Shown here: piece after piece, positions 34,069-46,230 of the stretch | Numbering within the stretch: the first letter of the stretch is position 1 | Layout: each line of letters starts with the position of its first letter | Assembly (NCBI GenBank): GCA_963575745.1 | Contig: CAUYUJ010000137.1 | Coordinates: 558,001-622,000, forward strand | Reading direction: 5' to 3' | DNA length: 64,000 bases | Source of the DNA: Prorocentrum cordatum | Taxonomy: Eukaryota | Notes under the pieces: model-generated | What the model was told of the DNA's origin: nothing | The model's database searches: none | What the model saw: only the letters and a program-made list of their open reading frames with translations | Program-made: the position numbers and the translations under genes

Positions 34069-34670
34069 TTGTCCTCCTCCCCCTCCTCCTCCTCCTCCTC
34101 CCCCTCCTCCTCCTTCTCCTCCCCCTCCTTCTCCTTCCCCTCCTCCCCCCGTCCTTTTCCTTCCCCTCCTCCCCCTCCCCCCCTCCTCCTCCCCCTCTTT
34201 CCTCCCCCCCCCCTCTCCCCTTCCGCATCCTCCGACTCGTCGTCGTCCTCCTCCTTCTCCTCCTCCGCCTCCTCCTCCTCGTCCTCCTCGTCCTCCTGTT
34301 CCTCCTCCTCCTCCCTCCTCTCCACTCCCGTCCTCCTCCATATTATCCCCCCCCTCCTCCCCCTCTCCTCCTTTTCCCCCTCCTCTACCTCCTCCTCCTC
34401 CTCCTCCGCCTCCTCCTCTCTCCTCCTCTCCTCCTTCCTTGTCCTCCTCCTCCTCATCTCATCATCCTCCTTCTCCTACTCATCCTCATCATCATCCTCC
34501 CTCCCCCTCATATCCCTCCTCCTCCCGCCTCCCTCCTCCTCCTCCTCCTCCTCCTCCTTTTCCTCTTCCTCCCTCTCTTCTTCCTCCTCCTCTTCCTCCA
34601 TCTCCGCCTGCTCCTCGTCCCCTCCTCCTCCTCCTCCTTATCCCTCTTCCTCATCCCCCTCCTCCACCTC
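33940..34670. repeat. (CCT)n pyrimidine-rich low-complexity tract
   Basis: Direct reading. (GTG)n follows at 35001-35088. Confidence 0.93.
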
Positions 34671-36949
34671 GCAAAACACTCGACGCCGGGATGTGTTCAC
34701 AACGTGGGCCCAGCATATCCGGACGACTTCCCGGGGCCGCCTGTTCATCCCGCCTTGTGTCTTACGGTCCAGGGGCCCCGCAAGGGCCCCCTGGAGGCTG
34801 GAACTTGTGCAAAAGCTTCCCGTCGTGTTTTTTCGTCCCGACGCGAGGTGGGAGCAAAGAAAAGCGACACCACCACCACCACCAGGGCGAGGAGCCAGGG
34901 GATGCCCCCTGGTGGTGTGGCCACACCTCCCCGCTCGAGACATCCCCAACCTCCAGCTTGAAGGGGCATCGCGGACCTTCTCGATGAAGGTGGCTCCCCT
35001 GGTGGTGGTGGTGGTGGTGGTGGTGGTGGTGGTGGTGGTGGTGGTGGTGGTGGTGGTGGTGGTGGTGGTGGTGGTGGTGGTGGTGGTGTCGCTTCTCCTT
35101 CCCCGAGCGAGAGGGACTGGGTCCTGCACTCTGCCCCGGGCCTCAACGGCCTCCGGACGGGAGGCGCCCACCCTCGAGGGCGGCGCGGCGGGCCCGACGC
35201 GACGCCGACGGCGTTCCCTCGGGGCCTCTCCTGCCTTTCATTTTGGGGGAGCCGGTTTCGGCCCCAGGGGCCGTCGAGAAACAGGAACCGGGGCAAAAAA
35301 CTACTCCAGGAAGATGCGAATGCGGCCCCGGTCGGGCCGGGGCGGGGGGAACGCAGCCCCGGGAGGGAGGGAGGGTGGGAGGAAGGAGCAGCAGGAGAAG
35401 GAGGGAGCAGGAGGAAGCGAGTCAGAAGCAGGGATCGTGTGCATCCTGAAGGACGCGTCATGAACCTGTGAATTTCCCACCTAATATTTGTACTACCACG
35501 GTCAGGGGAGAAGCAGATCCCACGGGGAATGCAATGGCATCGGGGTAGAGCAAGGCAAGACCGATCTCTGGGAGCTGGTGGTAAGCCACGATGACTTCCG
35601 AACCCTCAACAGGCTTCCGAAAACCACTCCATCTTCTCCTCGTCGTCGTCGTCCTCCTCTTCCTCCTCCTCTTCCTCCTCCTCCTCCTCCTCCTCCTCCT
35701 CATCGCCGGGGCCCGCGATGGTGGAAAATAGCCTCCACAAGGCACGGCGCCCACCCGGGGCCGAAGACGGCGAAGAAGCGTATCCTAATGGAGGCTCGAA
35801 GCCTGACGATGAACCAAGGGAACATGTGATCCTGCAGCGTCTCCCGCGAGACCAGCACAGGGGGAGAGACCACCAGCATGGCCCATGGCATCTGTTTGTC
35901 GCGCACCCGTGACATGCATCTTGGGAGCCCTTCGGGGGCTTCTGGCGGCGTCTTGGGGGCCTCCGGGGCGCTTCTTGGAGTCTCCTGGGAGCTTTCTGGG
36001 GCCGAAGGCTCGAAAGTCCGTTCGGATTCCCTGTCTGGGTCCCTTCTTAGAGCCGTCTTGGGGCTATCTTGGACCGTCTTGGAGGCCTCTTGGGCTGCTT
36101 GGGTCCCTCTTGGGCTGTCTTGGGGCCGTCTTGGGAGCCTCTTGGGCCGTCTTTGGGCGATCTCGGGAATCTCTTTGGCTATCTTGGAGCGCCAGGAAGC
36201 CGCAAAGGTGAGAACCACAAAACATCCTCCCACCAAACCCTTGAAAAACAACAATTGTTAGCCTCTTGTGGCCCTCTTGAAAAAGCCTCTTGGAGGCCTT
36301 TTGGGGTGTCTTGGAAGCCTCTTGGGCCGTGTAGGGACTATCTTGACTGTATTGGACCGATCTTGTGGCGTCTCGGAGCCCTCATGGACATCTTGGGTGC
36401 TTCCTGAGGCCGTCTTGGAGGCCTTCTGGAGGCCTCCTGGGCCGTCTGGAGGCCCCTTGGAGGCGCCAGGGCGGGGGTATTGAAAAAGGAGGGCCCAAGG
36501 GTTTTGAGGTGGGCGGGGCCCCCGGGCTGGGGACCTGGTATTCATGCATCCACATATATCCTCTGGGGGCCTCCTTGGCGCCTTCTGGCGGTCTTCTGTG
36601 AGGCCCCGGGGCTCTCCGAGGGCCCCGGGGCCCACATTTGCGGCCGTCTTGGGCCTTTCGTGGGCCGTCCTGGAGCTCTCTGGGGCTGTATTGGGTCCCT
36701 CTGGGGCGCGTCCTGGGCCGGACCGACAGCGAAAACAAGCAATATGTTAAACATATACGTTTTACAAAGACATATACGTTTTACAAAGGGAATGGGGCTA
36801 TTTTGGCCCCTTGGGGCTCTCTTTGGGGCCCAATTGGGGGTCGCTTGGGGTGTCTTGGGGGCTTCTGAAGCCTCCTTGGCGGGGCTGCCCGAGGGCCCCG
36901 GGCCCACATTTGCGGCCGTCTTGGGCACTTCGTGGGCCGTCCTGGAGCT

Positions 36950-37410
36950 CTCTCCTTGTAGGGCCACGAAACAATGTACTGGGTGGGGGAGACGCATGCG
37001 CCACTGGAACCTTCGGTGGAGCTCCCTACGGGGCCACGAAGCGCTGCACTGGTGGGGGAGACGCATGCGGGCTGCGCCACTGGACCTTCGTCGGAGCTCC
37101 CTATAAGGCCACAAAGCGAAGTACTCGGTGGGTGAGACGCATGCGGGCTGCGCAATTGAGACCTTCGGTGGAGCTCCCTATGGGGCCACGAAATGCTGTA
37201 TTGGGTGGGAGGGACTCATGCGGGGTGCGCTAGTGGAACCTTCGGTGGAGCTCCCTATGTGGCCACGATCGGTGTACTTGGTGTGGGAGACGCATGCGGG
37301 GTGCGCCACTGGGGCCTTCGGTGGAGCTCCCCATGGGGCCACGAAGCGCTGTACCGGGTGTGGCGGACGCATGCGGGCTGCGCCACTGGGACCTTCGGAG
37401 GAGCTCCATA
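36950..37410. repeat. ~70-78-bp tandem repeat (GGCCACGAAGCGCTGTAC...GAGACGCATGCGG...CCTTCGGTGGAGCTCCC); block 36950-37860 paralogous to 47640-48470
   Basis: Units at about 36961, 37031, 37108, 37184, 37261, 37337. Degenerate copies at 60080-60620. Confidence 0.88.
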
Positions 37411-37869
37411 GGGCCCTTTCGGGCCGTCCTGTGCGCCTCTGGCGCCGTCTTGGGGCCCCCTTGGGCCGTCTTGGGGCCGTCTTCGAAGCCCCTGGGGCTG
37501 TCTTGGAGCGGACAATATGACATCTTGGGTCGTCGTGGAGCGTCAGAACACTGAAAAGGCGAGAACTTGGAAATCCTTCCAAAACCTTTGGAAAATCATT
37601 AACAAGTTGTGCCTCGCGGGACTCCTTTGGAGGCATCTTATCTAGGAGGTTTCTGGGGGCGTCTTGGAGGCCTCTTGGATAGTCAGGGGCTAATTCTGGC
37701 CGCCTTGGCCGTCTTGGCCGTCATTGGTCGTTCCCGCAATCTGGAAGCGCCATGTTTGGCGATCCTGGGGCCGTCTTCGGGCGATCTTAGGGGGCCCCCG
37801 GCGCCTCGGCAAAACCCCCGGAACTTCCCAGTCCCCCAGATGGGGACACATGTTTGGGGACCGCGGGTC

Positions 37870-37907
<38 letters not shown>

Positions 37908-38520
37908 CACACGCACCTCTCCGAGGGAGTAGAGCTCAGAGCCGATTAGTGCGTACGCGGGGCGCCGCGTCCGCGATTTGTCTGGCCGTTTTGCTAGGGA
38001 CATCCTCGAAATTCTGAAAATCGGTGTCACCCCTAACGCAGATCGTGACGTCAGGGTCCAAAAACACATGGGGAATTTCAACATTCTAACATAAAACCTC
38101 CAAAAAGCACATTGTAATTTCAATGATTTTAACCCCGATTCACAAAGAATGGCGATTTCGCCTAAGACATCCTCCCAAAATCGAGCCCCGACGTACCTTC
38201 TGGTACCCCAGACCCCGCCTCGGAGCCTCTTGGGAACCTCCTGGAACCTCCTGGGGCCTCCTGGGGCTTTCTGTACCTTCTGGTACCCCAGACCCCGCAT
38301 TGGAGCCTCCTGGGGGTCTCCTGGAACCTCCTGGGGCCTCCTGCGGCCTCCTGGAGCCTCTTGGGGCCTCCTGGAGCCTCCTGGGGTCTTCTGGAGATTC
38401 CTGTGGTCTTCTGGGGCCTCCTGAGGCCGCCTGGGGCCTCCTGGGGCCTCCTGGGGCCTCGGAACTACATGCGCACACAAAGACACAAATCACACCCAAC
38501 ACATCACACGCTAGACAAAC

Positions 38521-38524
<4 letters not shown>

Positions 38525-38580
<56 letters not shown>

Positions 38581-38613
38581 CGCACACACGCACACACGCA
38601 CACACACACACAC

Positions 38614-38680
<67 letters not shown>

Positions 38681-39270
38681 ACGCACACGCACACGCACAC
38701 GCACACGCACACGCACACGCACACGCACACGCACACGCACACGCACACGCACACGCACGCGCACACGCACGCGCACGCGCACACGCACACGCACACACGC
38801 ACACGCACACGCACACGCACACGCACACGCACACGCACACGCACACGCACACGCACACGCACACGCACACGCACACGCACACGAACACGCACACGCACAC
38901 GCACACGCACACGCACACGCACACGCACACGCACACGCACACGCACACGCACACGCACACGCACACGCACACGCACACGCACACGCACACGCACACGCAC
39001 ACGCACACGCACACGCACACGCACACGCACACGCACGCACACGCACACGCACACGCACACGCACACGCACGCGCACACGCACACGCACACGCACACGCAC
39101 ACGCACACGCACACGCACACGCACACGCACACGCACACGCACACGCACACGCACACGCACACGCACACACGCACACACGCACACGCACACACACACACAC
39201 GCACACGCACACACACACACACACACGCGCACACACACACACACACGCACACACACACACACGCACACGC

Positions 39271-39301
<31 letters not shown>

Positions 39302-39360
39302 ACACCTACAACGCACAGGAAACACGCACAACACAGAGCACACATCACACACACACAACA
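38525..39360. repeat. (CA)n / (CACACG)n microsatellite
   Basis: Direct reading. Confidence 0.97.
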
Positions 39361-39989
39361 CTCACACTCCCGGGGCCTCCTGGAGCCTTTCCCGGTATCC
39401 AGGTCGGGCCTCCTGACGTTTCCCGGGGGGCCCTGGTGCACGCATCGCAAGGTGTGGCAAACCCCGCTTGCGCTCGATTGCGACCACGATATTAGATTCT
39501 GTTGCGTTCACCTCCTGCCACTTCCCCTTTTCTTAGGCACGCCCTGGCGGCGCCGCCCCAGCGCCGCCCCAGCTTCCCTCCATCTCCGATCCTGCAGTCA
39601 TGGTGTTTTCCGGCTTCAAACGCCCTTTCAGTTTGTTGTATGAACCTGGGCACGCACGCGCCACGTGTATATATATATATGTATATGTATATGTGTGTAT
39701 ACACAAATGTCTAGATGCATGTATAGTCGCACACACACATCCATACATACATGCATTCATACGTACATACATACATACATACACACATACATGCAAACAA
39801 ACATACAAACACACATGCGCACGTACATACAAGCATACGTACACACATGCATACATGCATGCATTCACACATACATACACATACATACCTATAGTTATGC
39901 ATATATGCATGCACCTATATAGGAGTGTATACTGTATACAGGTATATATATGTATAGTTATATATAGCATGATGCCAGAAAAGTGGCGC

Positions 39990-42540
39990 GCGGGGGCCAG
40001 GTAAGCGCCACGGCCCGCAGGGCCTGGCGTGGCACTGCGCGAGACTTTCCTCTCCCGCGCACCCCTGGCCTTGGCGGCGGCCTTCGCTCCTCCAAGATTG
40101 CGCCCTGGCCGCCCGCTTGGCGACAGAGCCGACGACTGTTGCAGACGGGCGGGCTGGATCTGCGACGCTCGCCTGGGCCGCCTCCTGCGCCGCCGCAGCG
40201 AGATCGGGGGCGGCCTCCGCGAGACGGCGAGTGCGCTGGCTCGGGGAAGCGGCCGCCATAGCGTCGATGGCAGCTGCTCGCTTGCGACCGAAGCCTACCT
40301 CTGACCGACGTCTTGGCCGAGGCTCCCTCGTAATTCCCTTGTCGGTCTCTCGGCCCTCCTCGCTGCTGCGGTCTTTCAAATTGAGCGCTCGTGTTGCTGG
40401 AGCACGCGCCTGCGCCGGCGCCTGCCAGGCTCGCCCCGCTCGCGCTGCTCCAGCCACGCGCGCGGGAACTGCCGGGGGACGCCGCGCCCGCGAGAGCGCA
40501 GTCCTCCGCGGGCACGTCGAGCATTCGAACCCTGTCGGGGCAATGGCGCTCGGAGAAACGGCGCAATCGCCGCCCCACGTTGCCCGTGGACGTCTTCCAC
40601 ACGAAGAAGAGCTCCACCGGCAGCCGGCCGCTGGCACTCTCAGGCCACTCCGCTGCACCGCGGCCCAAGCCTGCCGCGCGGTGCCCCCATCTCGACGATG
40701 CATCTCGGCGCGCTTCAAAATGCGCCGCAGCTGGGCGATGGCCTGCCGCTTAGGAAGGCCTGCCCCCGTGCAGATGCGCATCAAACATGCCTTGGCCTCT
40801 GGCGCAGACTCAGTTGCGCCCGCGTCTGTTGCAGACAAAGAAGAAGGCAAACGGGGCGCCGCACAAGCATGCGACCAATAATGATCTGGCCGATGCAGCT
40901 TCATGTTCTCCTTCGCGTTCGCCGCGATCACCTGCGCCCGTCGCTCGGCCGCGCGGGCGGTTTCCCTGGCCCGGGGCGCCGCGATCAAATCGCCGACGCT
41001 TACAATGTGCGCGCTGTTGCGGCATGGGCACCTGGGCATCTGCCGCAAAAGCTCGAGGGCGATGACAATGGAACTGCAGGGGGCGCCCAACGTCGCCCCA
41101 TCGATGAACAACGCGTTCAGCCTGGCGAGGAACGAGGCGGCCCTGGCATGGGCGGCGGCGGCGGCGGGGTCGTCAGCGCCCCCAGCTGCGGCCCGCGAGT
41201 AATGCTCCGCCGCCAAGTCCGCCGGCAAGCCGCCGAGCCGCAGACGCGAGCTGTTCTCGCCTCCGAGCCCTTCCAGGAAAGATCGGGCGCGAATGCGCCG
41301 ATCCTCGCTCTCCTTGGATTCCTCTCCGAGCGCATTGAGTGCGACGCTCCAACGTCGGCTTTCCCGCGCCAGGGGCCCCGCCCGACTGTTGAAACGCTGG
41401 GGGGGCCCAACCATAGTTTTGGGCGAACGCGATCTCGCCTTCCAGCTGGCGCGCCCCCGCTGCGGTGCGGAACGCGCTGGGCGCAGTCAGACACCTGGCC
41501 AGACTTGGAGGCTGCTTGCCCGTTACCCGCTGCATGTCAGATATCGCGATATCGCTGCCCTCCTTTGTCATTGAATTGCCGAGCAGCTTCTGGGCCGAAT
41601 GCGCTTCGCCCCATGCGTGAAACGCCAGCCGCGAGAACGTGCCCGTTGCAGCCAGGGGTGCGTATTGATCCGCCCCATCGCTGCACCATGCCCGCATCTC
41701 CTCTCGCACATGCTCGTGCAGCTCCACGCCCGCCCCCCCCCCTGCCGCCTGGCCCGCGCGACGCGCGCGTTCCTCCAGCATGGGGGCCTTGCCGTCGCAA
41801 TCCACGGCCCGCGGGAACTCCCGCGCCCCGCTCGCCCGGTCCACGATCCAGGTCCCTTCAGGGCCCAGCTGTTCCAGCCAGCCTGCCCTGAGACCGTCGC
41901 TCGGGAGAAAGTCCAGGGTCTTTGGAATAGACCGCAGCGCGGTGCCGATCTCGGCCCGGCACGCGCGGTCGAGACCGTCCGCGCCAACCGAAAACCACAC
42001 TCTCTTTGAGAATCCTCTGGGTTCTGAGTTTTTCGCATTGAGCCATTACGGACACCACCTGGCGGCGCTCTTGCGAAGACTCCAAAGCTCCGCGGTAGCC
42101 CCCGAGCCGAGGAACGCGCCCCGCCGCGCATCGAAACTTCTGATGGAACTGGACGTCTCCAAGAGTGCGCGGGCGGCGGCCACTGCGCGGCAACCAGGGC
42201 GCGGGTCGGCAGCTGTTGCGGTTTGGGACGGCTGTGGCTGTTGCGCAGCTGTTGCAGCTGATATCCAAGAAGCTGTCGCGGCTGCTGCGGCTTGGAACGC
42301 CTGCACGGGGGGGCCCTAGTGCGCGCCTCCCAATCGAACCCGCTCTTGCCGCGCCGCTTCTGCTGCCTGGCACCCCTCGCTCTGCGCGTAGTGCACGAGG
42401 TTCTCGCGACGTCGGAAACTCCCGCCACCCTGGCCTATGGTGGATTTGCAACGAGAGCACGTGAACGCCGAGCACAACAAGCATACTGCAAATTGACCAC
42501 CTGCGCAGCCCATGCAAGTTTCAGGCTTCAGGGTTACTGG
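39990..42540 (-). pseudogene. Decayed hAT-like DDE transposase
   Basis: In order on minus strand across frames: zinc-finger-like CLLC...FRRRENLVHY, WFSVGADG (D1, about 41978), WCSDGAD (D2, about 41678), AWGEAHS (CxxH position, about 41605), KTSTGNVGRRL (SxxxERxF position, about 40580). Confidence 0.6.
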
Positions 42541-42759
42541 GCTCGTCGCAGACAGGGTGGCGCTCCAAGACATCTTGTTGCTGGAGCAGCTGCCCTCTGC
42601 GGAGCCGCGGCTGGAGCTGCTGCTGGAACCGCTGCTGGAGACATGTTTGCAACCGTCGGCCTCGGCAACTCCAGCGGCGTCGGCAACTCCGTCGGCGTAG
42701 TCGGCGTCGGCGTCGTCGGCGTCGGACACTACTACGTCGGCTTCGGCGCCCGAGCTGTT

Positions 42760-43050
42760 GCAACCAGGGCTCGAAGGGGCCGCAGGACTCGAGGGGGCCG
42801 CAGGGCTCGAGGGGGCCGCGCGGCTCGAAGAAGTCGCGGGGCTCGAGGAGGCCGCGCGGCTCGAGGGGGCCGCGCGGCTCGATGAAACCGCGCGGCTCGA
42901 GGGGGCCGCAAGTCTCGAGGAGGCCGCGGGGCTCGATGGGGCCGCGCGGCTCGAAGGGGCCGCACGGCTCGAGGAAGCCGCGCGGCTCGAGGGGGCCGCG
43001 CGGTTTGAGGAGGCCGCAGGGCTGAAGTGGGCCGCGCGGCTCGAAAAGGG
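42760..43050. repeat. 18-bp minisatellite GCGGCTCGAGGGGGCCGC
   Basis: About 16 imperfect copies. (GAT)n follows at 43140-43260. Confidence 0.9.
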
Positions 43051-43171
43051 GCGCAGGGGACGACGACATTGCCTGGCTTGAGCCATGTCGTACGGAAGAT
43101 GATGGTGGCGGTGACGGTGACGGTGACGGTGACGGTGACGGTGATGATGATGGTGATGGTGATGGTGATGG

Positions 43172-43233
<62 letters not shown>

Positions 43234-43769
43234 GTGATGGTGCTGGTGGTGATGGAGATGATATGTGTTCTCTCTCTGAAATAGGATGGTCACCATCATC
43301 ACCATCGACAACAGCATCACCAGGAAAACCAGACTGGTTTTCCTGGAGATCCCGAGGATGTCTCAAGCGAAACGGGCCTGAGCACTTCGCGAACAGCTTC
43401 TAGGAACCCTGAGTTGTGATCAGCCGAATCGGGCCAACGCACCTCAAGTCGGGGCATCTTGGAGCCTGGGGTTCCAAGGATATCTCAGTCGCGAGCACCT
43501 CGCGAAACGCATCTTGGAACCCAACGGTGTGAGGACGTGTTGGAAGAAATGTTCCAGAACACCTCACGTCAGGGCATCTCGGAGCTTGAACGTGACTGGA
43601 TCCCCATCAACACTCGGCTGGCACGCGCCAGAGGCGGCTTTGGACTCCGTTCGCTTGGTTCCCCAGACAACTGTGCTGACTGGGATTCTGTTCAGATGTG
43701 CCGCGCTGTGCTGCGAGTTATGGGCGACGATACCTTCGCCCACACTGCTACCTTCGCCGCAGACTTTCG

Positions 43770-46230
43770 CACGAGACATCCTCGCGACTCTGAGCTCAGA
43801 GATGCTCCGACCTGAGGTGGTCTGGCCAATTTCGCCTGAGACATCCTCTCAACTCTGGGCTCGGCAACTCCATGACCTGAGGTGGTGTTGCTCGTTTCGC
43901 GTGAGACATCCTCCCACCTTTGGGTTCCGAGATGCCGTGACCTGAGTGGTCCAGCCCTTTTCTCCAAAGGCATTTTCGCCACTCTGAGCTCAGAGATGCC
44001 CTGACCTGAGGTGGTCCAGCCAATTTCGCCTGAGACATCCTCGCAGCGCTGAGCCCAACGATGCTGCGCGCGAGGTTGTCGGGCCAATGTCGCCTGAAAC
44101 ATCCTCGAAATTCTGGGTTTCGAGATGCTGCGCGCAGGGTGGTCTGGCCCGTTTCGCCAGAGACGTCTTTGCAACACTGCGCTCGAAGATGCTCTGATCT
44201 GACATGGTCCAGCCCGCCTCGCCTCAGACAATCTTACAACTCTGGGCTGAGAGATGCCGTGACCTGAGATGGTCCGGCCCTTTTCGCCTGGGACATATTC
44301 GATGGGGCTCCGAAGTGTCCGGACTTAAAGTGATCCAGCCAATTTTGCCTGCGACATCCTCGCCGCTCGGAGCTCACGGATGCCGCGCAAGAGGTTGCCC
44401 AGCCAATTGCGCCTGAGACATCCTCGCAACACCAGGGCTCGAAGATGCTGCACGGGAAGTGGTCCGACCAAGTTCGCCCGAGACATCCTCGCGCCTCCTG
44501 GGACATCCTCGCGACTCTGGGCTTGGAGACCTGCAATGGTCCAGCCTGTTTTGCCTGCGGCCTTCCTCGCAACTCTGATATCCGAGGTGCCGCGTGCGAG
44601 GTGGTCTGACCGACTGCGCCAGGGGCATCTTCCCGACTCTGACCTCCGAAATGCCGTTTCACCTGACACATCTGCGAAACTCTGGCCTCCCAGTTGTCGC
44701 GCTGGGGGTGCTTCCTCGTCGCCATCGTCGTCGTCGTCGGCGTCGTCATTGACATCGTACCCGTCGTCGTCGTCTCCGTTGTCGTCGTCGTCGTCGTCGT
44801 CTCTTCGTCGTCGTCATCACCACCGCTGTCCTCGTCGTCGCCGCCGCCGCCGAAGCCGCCGCTGTCGCCGCCGTCGTCGCCATTGTCTTGGGCATGGTCG
44901 TCGTCGGTGTCGTCGTTGCCGGCGCCGCCAAGGCCGCCGGCGCTGTCGTCATCGTTGTCGTCGTTGACATCATCGCGGCACGCGCCGCTTTCACCCTGGT
45001 GGTCGTGACAGCCGTCGCCGCCACCGTTTCGGATGATGGCGTCGTCGTCGTTGCGTGGTCCTTCTCCTCATTTTCTGCCTCGTCCCCGCCCTCCTCGTTG
45101 CCTTCTCATTATCTTGCCCCTGCCTTTCCCCCCCGTCGCCGGACCCCACATAAGGTTCACAAAAAATCCACATAGGAAATCGGCGTCGTCCACGTCGCCG
45201 CCGCAGCGGTGGTGATCGTCGTCGCTGTCGTCGTCGTCGCATCGCCATCGTGGTCGCCGCCGCCGCCGCTGCCGTCGTCGCCGTCGTTGCGGTCGCCCCC
45301 GCACACGTCGTCCGCGCCACCGTCGCCGTCGACGCTGTCGCGTCGTCATCTTACTCGTCGCTGTCGCCGCGTTCGTCGTACCGTAGTCGGCATCGCCTTC
45401 ACCGTCGCCGCTGCCACGGGGCGCTTCGTCGTCGCCGCCGTCGTCAACGCCGACGCCGCCAAGGACTCTACCAAGGGAGTTCTACAATGGCGCAGCGACA
45501 AAACCAGGGAATGCCCTTCAATGCTCTGCCTGCTCCTTGCGCGCGCTCGCCGCCCTCTTGGCGCCGCGGGAGCGCGTCGGCTGCCCCGCAGCGCGTGCGC
45601 TGGCTGCCCCCCAGCGGGAACATCATTTCGAATCCACTTGCCAACCACTCACCAGAACTGCTCGTCACAACCGTTCGTCAGGTCACAGGGGGGATGCGCA
45701 GATTCCTTCGACGCCTATAAACAAAAAGAAGCACAAGGAAAACAACGAAGAGCTCTGAGTTACAAGGATGTCTCGGGCGAGTCGAAGATCACCATAGGTC
45801 AGGACATACATGGGCCCAGAGTTGCGACGATGTCTAAGGCGAAAAATGCCCCAAGCCAAGAGTTGCGAGGATGTCTCAGGCGAAACTGACAGGACCACCA
45901 GTTTCGTGGCATCTCGGGGCTCACAGATGCCGCAAGAAAGAGTGTCCGACCTCTTTCGCATGAGAGGTCCTCGCAATTCTGAGCTCCCAGATGCCGTGAC
46001 CTGAGGTCCAGCCCGTCTCGCCTAAAACTCCCTCGTAACTCTGGGATCCTATGCCGTGACCTGAAATGGTCCAACCCCTTTCGCCTGAGACATCCTCGCA
46101 ACTCTGAACTCCCAGATGCCGCGCGAACGTTGGTCCGGCCCGTTCGCCGGACGCATCCTCGCAACTCGAAGCTCTCAGATGCCGTCACCTGATTTGGTCC
46201 GGCCCGTTTCGCCTGAAACATCCTTGCAAG
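43770..46230. repeat. Diverged ~60-65-bp repeat family with core TTCGCCTGAGACATCCTCGC, interrupted by (GTC)n-rich tracts
   Basis: Cores at about 43832, 43900, 44027, 44410, 44478, 46081, 46210. Reverse core GAGGATGTCTCAGGCGAAA at 45867, 54473, 54546, 54621, 61525, 62502. Confidence 0.85.

Noticed and set aside
25541..39450. YIHT/CMYV, poly-E/R/P/V and HTHT/RVRV ORFs
   Set aside because: Microsatellite translations without domain signal.
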